From Alphaproteobacteria bacterium (lineage in GTDB: Bacteria; Pseudomonadota; Alphaproteobacteria; CACZRW01), in contig JAFWAG010000062.1 of assembly GCA_017507765.1 (NCBI GenBank), forward strand, positions 1 to 52,953: 52,953 nucleotides of DNA. Direction: 5' to 3'. The notes beneath the pieces were generated by a model that was given only the letters and a program-made list of their open reading frames with translations, was not told where the DNA came from and did no database searches. Positions within the stretch are counted from its first letter, which is position 1, and every line of letters begins with the position of its first letter. A program made the translations under genes and the position numbers. Shown piece by piece: positions 45,822-52,953 of this stretch.

Positions 45822-46406
45822 TTAATAGAAAGATAAGGAAACATCTTGGGTTACTGCGGTACAGTACGCAAGAGCCTGCGTCTTGCTCATGGGTAAAAGC
45901 GGGTAGCCGGAAGCATCTTTGGCAGATGCCAGAACTCCGTTTACTTTAAATATGTAATTTCCCCAATTGTAGGCAGTCATATCCAGACAATTTTCCTTGG
46001 GAACAGAAGTAAATGTTATGGTAAATACTTCATGACAGCCGGCGGTGCTTGCTCCGCAAGTTGCTCCTGCAGATGTAAGGCGCTGACCGGTAACGGAGAT
46101 AGATGTACCAACCGGAGGTACGGCTGCACCGTTAGTGTCTACTCTTAAAACGCCTTGGTCTTTTAAATAGCCTAAGATGTCCGCCGGAGAGCGGTAATTC
46201 GTTTTCCATGAATATAAAGCACGGATTTTATCTGCCATATCCTGTATTTCTACAATCGCTTTTGCCGAAGAGGTTTGACGGGTTGCCATGCCGGCAAGCT
46301 GGGTTACGCCTGCGCTGATAACGCCGATAACGCCTAAGACGCCAAGCATTTCTATTGCTGAACGTCCGCATTGGGCAATTATGTTTTTTCTTTGTCCGGC
46401 AAGCAC
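45822..46406 (-). CDS. Type IV pilin-like protein 1 (PilS-like)
   Basis: ...AQCG|RSAIEMLGVLGVIG, Glu at +5, FTITFTSVPKENC, four Cys in the mature chain. Confidence 0.78.
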   Translation of the reverse strand: MLAGQRKNIIAQCGRSAIEMLGVLGVIGVISAGVTQLAGMATRQTSSAKAIVEIQDMADKIRALYSWKTNYRSPADILGYLKDQGVLRVDTNGAAVPPVGTSISVTGQRLTSAGATCGASTAGCHEVFTITFTSVPKENCLDMTAYNWGNYIFKVNGVLASAKDASGYPLLPMSKTQALAYCTAVTQDVSLSFY

Positions 46407-46438
46407 GATTTAATTTCCTTTCTCTTTTACCGCTAAGG

Positions 46439-47692
46439 TTAAACTTTTTTCTGTACGTATTCAAGAAGTTGGTTTTTATCTAAACTAAAATTATAGTCTA
46501 GCCATGTTTTTTCCAGTTCTGTAAGTTTTTCGCCAAGGCTTTTTCCGCTGAAACCTAGGGCTTTTAAATCTGCGCCATGAAGGGGAAACTGTGGTATTTC
46601 AGCAGATGACGCTTCTTCAAGCAGAGTTATAAACGGTTCGTCTTCGGCAAAAGATAAATGACAGGCGCCGGCTCTTTGGCGGGCAAAGGCAAGCAAAAGC
46701 GAGTCAATGACGTTTTCTTTGCCATACTTATAAAGAGTTTTTAAAATACCGATGTTTTTCAGTGCGGCAAGAATCTCTCCTTCAAGGCTTAGTTCGCAAA
46801 GGCGTTTTTTTTGTAGGTTGCTGAGCCGGAGATTCTTTTTTTGCGCCATAATCTTATCCGGTGATAACGGCAAAATTACAGCCAGACGGCGGATTAAATC
46901 CGGCTGTAATCCTTTTAAAACAATGCCTCGGGTTTCTAACCATACAAGCTGATTAAGCGCTGGAATGTCATGGATTTCTTTATCAATAAAAGCCAAAACG
47001 CCACTTTGTTCCATGGTTTTTAAAATTATATCCGGCCTTGGAGACATTATGATTTTAAAGAACTCTTCTTTTATGCGTTCTTTGGAAAGTTTTTGCAGCA
47101 TAAAGGCGTTTGCTTTTATGGCATTAAGGGCGGTTTTATCCATGCTTTCATGCCCGTAATAAGCATAAAAACGGAAAAAACGTAAAATCCGCAAAGCATC
47201 TTCTTTAATCCTTTGTTCCGGATTGCCGATAAAGCGAATCCTGCCAGCGGACAGGTCTTCAAAATTATCCAAAGGGTCGTAAACCAAGCCGTCTTTATCC
47301 GCATAAAAAGCGTTTATCGTAAAGTCTCTACGCAAAGCGTCTTCGTACCAGTCCGTACCGAAAGAGACGACGGCGTGCCGTCCGTCGGTGGCAATATCTT
47401 TGCGCAAAGTGGTTATTTCTATTGCTCGGTTGTGCCGACGGGTTAGAGCCATAACCATACCAAAAGATATTCCGGCAGGAATGGTTTTGATGCCGGCGGC
47501 GTTAAGGCGGGCTTGTACTTCTTCGGGGAGAAGCTTGGTCGCAAGGTCGATATCTTTTACGGGATAGCCCAAAAGAGCATCACGAACACAGCCGCCAACA
47601 AATAAAGCCTGATTGTCAAGAAGGGTGAAAATCTCCGCTATATCCGAGTCTTGCAGCCATTCGTTCGGGCTTATCTGACCGATTGCGTTCAT
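46439..47692 (-). CDS. cca: CCA-adding tRNA nucleotidyltransferase
   Basis: FVGGCVRD, DIDLAT, EITTLR, DALRRDFTINA, EDALRILRFFRF. Confidence 0.9.
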   Translation of the reverse strand: MNAIGQISPNEWLQDSDIAEIFTLLDNQALFVGGCVRDALLGYPVKDIDLATKLLPEEVQARLNAAGIKTIPAGISFGMVMALTRRHNRAIEITTLRKDIATDGRHAVVSFGTDWYEDALRRDFTINAFYADKDGLVYDPLDNFEDLSAGRIRFIGNPEQRIKEDALRILRFFRFYAYYGHESMDKTALNAIKANAFMLQKLSKERIKEEFFKIIMSPRPDIILKTMEQSGVLAFIDKEIHDIPALNQLVWLETRGIVLKGLQPDLIRRLAVILPLSPDKIMAQKKNLRLSNLQKKRLCELSLEGEILAALKNIGILKTLYKYGKENVIDSLLLAFARQRAGACHLSFAEDEPFITLLEEASSAEIPQFPLHGADLKALGFSGKSLGEKLTELEKTWLDYNFSLDKNQLLEYVQKKV

Positions 47693-47937
47693 TCGCTTTT
47701 ACCTAAAACTGCCGGAACAATTTTGCCGTCAACAAGCTTCGGGGCTGTATATTCGCTGCCTGCCGGAGATTGTTCCCATAGGCTGAAACCGCCGGCGGTT
47801 AAGCCAAGCAAGATTACTCCGGCAATGGCTAAGCTCGTCCATGGTATATCTTGACGTTTAGTCTTTTTTGCCCAAATAAAATAAATAATCGTCGGAGCCA
47901 GTAAAGGCAGGATATAAATAAGTAATATTCTTATCAT
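47689..47937 (-). CDS. Small membrane protein (DUF6111-like), upstream of cca
   Basis: Two TM helices and YTAPKLVDGKIVP; 4-nt overlap with the cca start. Confidence 0.7.
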   Translation of the reverse strand: MIRILLIYILPLLAPTIIYFIWAKKTKRQDIPWTSLAIAGVILLGLTAGGFSLWEQSPAGSEYTAPKLVDGKIVPAVLGKSE

Positions 47938-48006
47938 TTGCTTTATTCCTTTTCTTGCTTCATATTTTTACAGCATAACCTGTTTTTTGTTAAAGGAGAA
48001 AATAAA

Positions 48007-49269
48007 ATGCTGCCTTTGTTTTCCTTAAACTGGAATTATCTTGCTTTTATTTGGTTGGGGGCTTATGTCTCGGTTAATTTGCTTACGGCAGGATATATAA
48101 TTTATCGGCGGAAACATAATTTGCCGATTTTAAATTGTTCCGGAGCAATTATTCTTTCTGCATATGTTGTTTTCTCTGCTTTGGCGTTTAGTGTTTTTGC
48201 TTCTTCCGAAGCGCTTAAAACCATGACTTGGGGCGAGTTTGTTTTTGTCGTTGGGGCGGCGTGGGGATTGATGCTTGTCAATTACCTGATGCCGGATACC
48301 CGTAAGGGAAATGCGGCAAAAGTATTATGTTTGTTGGCGGCAATAGCGGGAAGCTTTTTCTTTATGAGCGGGTCGGCATTTTCTCCTTTACCCGTGCCGC
48401 AAATTGTCGGCGGATTGTTGGCGCTGCTTTGTTGGCTCTGGCTGACCAAAGCCTTCGTGGTGATGAATAAAGTTCCCGGATTGACGATTTCTACGGTCGG
48501 ACTTATCGGCTTTGGAGTCTTTTTCGTGGCGATATTTAATTCTTATGTTCCGCAGGACGTCGGATTGTTAGCTGCTACACTTGCTTTGACGGCTTTGGGA
48601 TTTAGGGCGTGGAATAAATATCCGGCTAAGATACTTTTAAATAAAGCGGCTGTGCTTCCTTTGGCATTTCTGTGCGGCTGGTTCTTGGTTCAGTTGGCGG
48701 CGGCAGGTTTTTGGGCTTCGGCGTTAATCTTGCCTTTGTTCTATTTCGCCGAAACTGGATATGCTTTTATAAAAAAATACTTCCCGCAGCTTAAAAGCAC
48801 TCCTTTTGCAGTTCAAGTTTCGGAATCTGATTTGCCGCAGGAAAATCTGCTCAGCTTTATCTTCCGGAAGAATCTGCCTTTATTCTTGCTTGCTCCGTTA
48901 GCGACAACGCCTTCTTATAACCTGTTTTTTGTCGGCTTGGCGTTCTTGTTCGCTGTGTATGGTATGTATCAGCTGAAACACTTCGGAGAGAAAGAGCCGT
49001 CCCTAAGAGAAATTACTTCCGGTATATATCAGTCCGCAAAACAGGGATTTGCTCAGCAAAAACAGCTGTATCAGGAAATTATTACCAAAAGAGCGGAAAA
49101 TGATAATCCTAAACCCGAAGAGGAAAAGCCGGTGAAGGTCAAAGCTACGGTTAAAACAAAGGCTAAGGCTAAAGTTAAAGCTAAAACTAAAACTGCATCT
49201 AAAACCAAGACCAAGAGTAAGGCTAAAACTAAGACGGCTAAAAAAGCTCCTCTGGCTTCACGGGCGTAA
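48007..49269 (+). CDS. MraY/WecA (Glycos_transf_4)-like polytopic membrane protein, catalytic motifs degenerate, with a Lys-rich tail
   Basis: About 10 TM helices; WNKYPAKILL resembles FNxxPAKIFMGD; AAGGAG RBS precedes ATG at 48007. Confidence 0.6.
   Translation: MLPLFSLNWNYLAFIWLGAYVSVNLLTAGYIIYRRKHNLPILNCSGAIILSAYVVFSALAFSVFASSEALKTMTWGEFVFVVGAAWGLMLVNYLMPDTRKGNAAKVLCLLAAIAGSFFFMSGSAFSPLPVPQIVGGLLALLCWLWLTKAFVVMNKVPGLTISTVGLIGFGVFFVAIFNSYVPQDVGLLAATLALTALGFRAWNKYPAKILLNKAAVLPLAFLCGWFLVQLAAAGFWASALILPLFYFAETGYAFIKKYFPQLKSTPFAVQVSESDLPQENLLSFIFRKNLPLFLLAPLATTPSYNLFFVGLAFLFAVYGMYQLKHFGEKEPSLREITSGIYQSAKQGFAQQKQLYQEIITKRAENDNPKPEEEKPVKVKATVKTKAKAKVKAKTKTASKTKTKSKAKTKTAKKAPLASRA
49135..49248 (+). 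repeat. Low-complexity coding repeat encoding a K-[A/T/V/S] dipeptide tail
   Basis: AAA/AAG-GCT/ACT-type hexamers encoding KVKATVKTKAKAKVKAKTKTASKTKTKSKAKTKTAKKA. Confidence 0.8.
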
Positions 49270-49283
49270 ATAAAAATAAGCCA

Positions 49284-49330
49284 AAAGAAAACGGCGTCCA
49301 AAAAATGGACGCCGTATTTCTTTGTTTTTT
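49284..49330. terminator. Bidirectional Rho-independent terminator
   Basis: ACGGCGTCCA-aaaaa-TGGACGCCGT flanked by A-rich and T-rich tracts, between convergent genes. Confidence 0.8.
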
Positions 49331-49340
49331 GCAGCTGGAG

Positions 49341-50465
49341 TTAGAATAACTGCAGTACACTCTGTTCTGCTTGCGAAGCCATGGACAGGGCGTTTGTACC
49401 CAAAGACTGACGGGTCTGAAGAGCAAGCATATTGGCAGCTTCTTCGTTCATGTCAGCCAAGGTCAATTCGTCTGCACCGGAAGTCAAGATGTTAATCATG
49501 CTTTCGGTAAAGTCCTGTCTGGTTTGTACAACCGAAAGGTTCTGACCAAAGGTAGAAGCTTGTGCACGCAAGGTGTTAATGGCGTCTTCGGTCTTTATGA
49601 TAGAATCATTGAGCTTTGTAACATCATTCCATGATTCAGCGCTTGCAAGGCCTAAACCGGCAGAGTCAAAGGTTACACCTTCAATCAGCAAAGTACTGGT
49701 ACGGGTTTCGTTGAAGTTAACCGTAAGATTATCACCGTTCAAAAGGTTAATTCCTTTGTAAGAAGTATCCTGTACCAGCTGGTCAATCTGAATTAAAAGA
49801 TTGTTGTACTGATTCTGATAGGTTTCTAAAGCTTCTTTGGCTTCGGATGCGGCAACGCCCAAATCAGTATTTTCGGTCATCGTGATTGCATCTCCGGTAT
49901 CGGAGGTAATGGTGAAAGATGCTCCGTCAGCACCAAGAGAAGCTTTTGCCGTCTCTTCGGCAATGCCTGCCGTAGTCAATGCGGTATTGATTGCGGTAAC
50001 AACTTCTTCGGCGGTTTTGCCCTGAAGATCAGCTTTGGCAACGGTAACGTCGGTTTCGCCAACCGTGAAAGTAAGGTCATCGGCAATTGTGCTGGCAGTA
50101 ACAGCCGGATCACCGGAAAGGGTGAGAGCGCCAACAACGTTGGTAGCTCCAACAGAAGTGGAAGCAGCCTGATCGGTAATGGATTTGGCTTGTTCAACCA
50201 AAGCGGTCAAAGTCGTAATACCTTCGTCGGCGGCTTTAAGTGTCTGAACCGCTTGTCCCATGCTGTCTAAAAGATTGTTAAGGTCGCTGGCGCGGGCATT
50301 CAAAGACTGCGCAGTAAAGAAAGAGGTCGGGTTGTCAAGAGCGCTGTTTACTTTCTTTCCGGTGGAAAGGCGTTCTTGGGTGCGGTCAAGCAATTCTGAC
50401 GTACTCTTCAAACTGAGAAGATTGCTGCGCATGCTTGAGCTTAGAGTGATGTCATTGATAGCCAT
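49341..50465 (-). CDS. Flagellin (alphaproteobacterial type)
   Basis: TQERLSTGKKVNSALDNP, YKGINLLNG, LTLADMNEEAANMLALQTRQ, QSVLQLF; AAGGAG RBS. Confidence 0.92.
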   Translation of the reverse strand: MAINDITLSSSMRSNLLSLKSTSELLDRTQERLSTGKKVNSALDNPTSFFTAQSLNARASDLNNLLDSMGQAVQTLKAADEGITTLTALVEQAKSITDQAASTSVGATNVVGALTLSGDPAVTASTIADDLTFTVGETDVTVAKADLQGKTAEEVVTAINTALTTAGIAEETAKASLGADGASFTITSDTGDAITMTENTDLGVAASEAKEALETYQNQYNNLLIQIDQLVQDTSYKGINLLNGDNLTVNFNETRTSTLLIEGVTFDSAGLGLASAESWNDVTKLNDSIIKTEDAINTLRAQASTFGQNLSVVQTRQDFTESMINILTSGADELTLADMNEEAANMLALQTRQSLGTNALSMASQAEQSVLQLF

Positions 50466-50603
50466 AAAATGTTAACTCCTTACTAGACAACAAAAAACAA
50501 AGAAAATCCTATATTCTGAATCCAAAAGGTTAAAAAACCTTATATAAACTCCAAATACACAATATATGTTTTAAAAGTTCATGTCTAGACAATAAATGTA
50601 GTA

Positions 50604-51764
50604 TTAAGATTTTTTTAATATAATTGTTCTATTAGGCGATTTGAACTTCGCATATTCCGCAGGACTGTTACGTTCGAATCCGGCAAAAAACTCTGTTGCA
50701 AAGTCTTCATAGGTGCCGTTGTCAATCGCTTGGCGGATATTTTTCATTAAATCCTGATACATTTGTATGTTATGCCATGTTAACAGCATGGCGGCTAAAA
50801 TCTCATTTTCTTTGAACAGGCTGTGAATAAAAGCACGGGAATATTTTGTACACGCAGGACACGGACAGCCTTCTTCTATCGGTCGTGGGTCGTCTTTCAT
50901 GCTTCCTTTGCGCAGGTTTAAAGTGCCGCCATGTTTTAAAAATGCCTGAGCGGTTCGCCCGTAACGAGACGGAAGAACACAGTCAAACATATCTATGCCA
51001 TGCAAAACGGCACCGACAATGTCAGCCGGAATACCAATACCCATTAAATAACGAGGTTTGTTTTCCTGAATGAACGGGGTTGTGAAGTCTATGGTTTCAA
51101 ATAAAACGTTGAGCCAAACTCCGCCCAAAGCATAGCCGTCAAACGGAATGTCAGACATCAGGCGGCAACATTCTTCGCGTAAAGTCCAGTCGTCTCCGCC
51201 TTGTAAAATGCCAAAAATACCGTAGCCGGGGCGGTCTATGAAGGTTTTATAAGACCTTTCTGCCCAACGAACCGACATAAGCATCGACTTTTCAATTACT
51301 TCTTTGGGCGCAGGAAGTTCTAAGCACTCGTCCAGAGTCATCGTGATGTTGGAATCAAGCTTATGCTGAATCTCGATTGATTTTTCCGGCGTTAAATCAT
51401 AAATCGTGTTGTTGTCCAAATGGGAACGGAACTTTACACCGTGTTCGTCAATCTCTCGCAAAGGGCCAAGCGACATAACCTGAAATCCGCCCGAGTCGGT
51501 TAAAATCGCCTTGTCCCAGTTCATAAACTTGTGCAAGCCGCCCATTTCTTCCACTAAGTCAATCCCAGGCTGTAACATTAAATGATAAACGTTGCCAAGA
51601 ATGATTTTTGCCCCCGTGGAAGCTACGTCTTCCGGTCGCATGGCCTTTACCGTGCCGTCTGTTCCTACCGGCATAAATACCGGAGTCTCTATATCTCCGT
51701 GGGCTGTCTTTAATAATCCTCGGCGCGCTTTGCCGGATTTCTTTGTAACTTCAAAATGGAGCAT
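50604..51764 (-). CDS. tgt: tRNA-guanine transglycosylase with an altered substrate-pocket loop
   Basis: TPVFMPVGT, TDSGGFQ, LDEC, MFDCVLP, Zn site CPCPAC...HN. Confidence 0.93.
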   Translation of the reverse strand: MLHFEVTKKSGKARRGLLKTAHGDIETPVFMPVGTDGTVKAMRPEDVASTGAKIILGNVYHLMLQPGIDLVEEMGGLHKFMNWDKAILTDSGGFQVMSLGPLREIDEHGVKFRSHLDNNTIYDLTPEKSIEIQHKLDSNITMTLDECLELPAPKEVIEKSMLMSVRWAERSYKTFIDRPGYGIFGILQGGDDWTLREECCRLMSDIPFDGYALGGVWLNVLFETIDFTTPFIQENKPRYLMGIGIPADIVGAVLHGIDMFDCVLPSRYGRTAQAFLKHGGTLNLRKGSMKDDPRPIEEGCPCPACTKYSRAFIHSLFKENEILAAMLLTWHNIQMYQDLMKNIRQAIDNGTYEDFATEFFAGFERNSPAEYAKFKSPNRTIILKKS

Positions 51765-51956
51765 CTTTTTATGTCGTTTCCTGATGATTGCTATACTTTT
51801 ATTTATATAACTCTTCTAAAAGGCTTGATAATAATCGTCAAGTGATATATAAAGTCTCCCTTTCTCCGATATGTCGGAGAGCGCGTATTTATGGCAAGGG
51901 GCAGACCCGGGCATGCCTGAATGCGTTGGTTTAACTTCTAGAATAAGGAATATAAA

Positions 51957-52154
51957 ATGCCCAAACTTAAGACCAAAAGCTCGGTCAAAAAGCGCTTTAG
52001 CAAAACCGGATCGGGCAAAATTAAAAGAAATTATGCTCATAAAAAGCATAACCTTTCCAGTAAATCCCAGAAAATGAAACGTAGCGCTCGTGGAACCGTC
52101 CTTCTTGACGCAACCAACTATAGCAACGTTATTCGTTTCATGCCGTATGCTTAA
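51957..52154 (+). CDS. rpmI: 50S ribosomal protein L35
   Basis: [14 protein letters not shown]...TGSGKIKR...HNL; ends FMPYA. Confidence 0.97.
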   Translation: MPKLKTKSSVKKRFSKTGSGKIKRNYAHKKHNLSSKSQKMKRSARGTVLLDATNYSNVIRFMPYA

Positions 52155-52168
52155 GAAAGGGGTTTATT

Positions 52169-52525
52169 ATGGCTAGAGTAAAAAGAGGCGTAACTTCTCA
52201 CGCAAAACATAAAGTCGTTTTGAGTCGTGCAAAGGGATATCGCGGACGTAATTCGAAAAATATCCGTCAGGCTCGTGAAAGAGTCGAACACGGTCTTCAA
52301 TACGCTTACCGTGACCGCCGTAAAAAGAAAAGCAGCTTCCGCTCTTTGTGGATTCAGCGCATCAATGCCGGTGTTCGTGAATACGGACTTACTTATTCCC
52401 GCTTCGTTAACGGTTTGGAAAAAGCCGGAATCGAAATGGACAGAAAAGTACTCGCCGGATTGGCTGCTTCTGAACCTAAAGCTTTTGCTATTGTGGTGCA
52501 AAAGGTTAAGGCGGCTCTCGCTTAA
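52169..52525 (+). CDS. rplT: 50S ribosomal protein L20
   Basis: [37 protein letters not shown]. Confidence 0.98.
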   Translation: MARVKRGVTSHAKHKVVLSRAKGYRGRNSKNIRQARERVEHGLQYAYRDRRKKKSSFRSLWIQRINAGVREYGLTYSRFVNGLEKAGIEMDRKVLAGLAASEPKAFAIVVQKVKAALA

Positions 52526-52550
52526 TTGCGAAAAGAAGCTGAAACAAATT

Positions 52551-52584
52551 AAAAGGCAGAGAGGTTTTCTTCTCTGTCTTTTTT
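52551..52584 (+). terminator. Rho-independent terminator after rplT
   Basis: GGCAGAGA/TCTCTGTC stem followed by TTTTTT. Confidence 0.7.
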
Positions 52585-52705
52585 GTGTTTGGCTAGCAAG
52601 TATCGCAAAGTCTGATTGGTGCCTGACAATAAATATGGGTGGACACCTCAAAATAAAACAAATGCAATTTATTTTGTTAGGGTGTAACTCGCTTTACATT
52701 TGAAT

Positions 52706-52940
52706 ATTTACCCCCTTCCCTTACTTTTGTTGAGACAATGTAATCCAGTCCGTAGAGTCCTTTTCGAGGGTGTTGAGAAGGGTGGATTTGAGGATAAAAA
52801 GTGCCAAAATGTCCGTTGATTATTGGGTTAATAGCATTTTATTTTCATTTACCCCTAAATTACATTGATTACATCTTCCCACTTTTAGGGGAAGGGGTTA
52901 CTTCCCACTTGTAACAATGACTTCCGACTTCGAGGGAAGT
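52706..52940. repeat. Cluster of short direct and inverted repeats in non-coding DNA
   Basis: CTTCCCACTT at 52875 and 52901, CTTCCGACTT at 52921, inverted GGGAAGT at 52934, ATTTACCCC at 52706 and 52847. Confidence 0.5.
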
Positions 52941-52953
52941 TTTAAATAAATTA

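Noticed and set aside
50520-50545. CtrA box upstream of flagellin
   Set aside because: The best match is TATA-N7-TTAAC, with two mismatches in one half-site in AT-rich DNA.
52151-52703. ORFs 52151-52651 (-) and 52227-52703 (+)
   Set aside because: They are antisense and out-of-frame shadows of rplT that run through its terminator.
52706-52953. CRISPR array at the right edge
   Set aside because: The repeats are only about 10 nt with 10-16 nt gaps, far below CRISPR repeat and spacer sizes, and no cas genes are present.

Overview
A chromosomal, gene-dense segment with no CRISPR array, rRNA, integrase or transposase visible. Marker genes (ChpT, an FzlA-type GST, alphaproteobacterial-type flagellin, TPR-ispE and yfgM-bamB-der synteny) point to an Alphaproteobacterium. 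The AT-rich sequence, glucose PTS, acyl-ACP thioesterase and many pilins suggest a host- or gut-associated Rhodospirillales-like (RF32-type) lineage; this placement is inference. Contents: a truncated pilin-like gene, a candidate structured RNA, tRNA-Thr(CGT), a TolC-MacA-ABC efflux operon, a two-gene glucose PTS, a CPA2 antiporter, nadE, a GH3 hexosaminidase, two tandem DHH/DHHA1 (PggH-like) paralogues, a reduced chpT-cheA*-cheY-cheR operon, yhhQ, infC (AUA start), fzlA, uppP, ispE, udg, der, a membrane PAS-GGDEF cyclase, znuA/zur-znuCB, a PilT-like ATPase, three tandem pilins with a TlpA-like oxidoreductase, cca, a degenerate MraY/WecA-like protein, flagellin, tgt and rpmI-rplT. Most notable: (1) a His-less, kinase-less mini-CheA (Hpt-like plus CheW-like) kept inside a chemosensory operon lacking cheW and cheB; (2) type IVb-like pilus parts with Arg-starting pilins and a coupled disulfide oxidoreductase; (3) a TGT missing the V233-G234-E235 specificity loop, with a YhhQ transporter 27 kb away; (4) a MraY/WecA-like protein lacking its catalytic Asp motifs; (5) gene order consistent with a roughly 28 kb inversion separating infC from rpmI-rplT. 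All family assignments come from motif recognition by eye; no database search was run.
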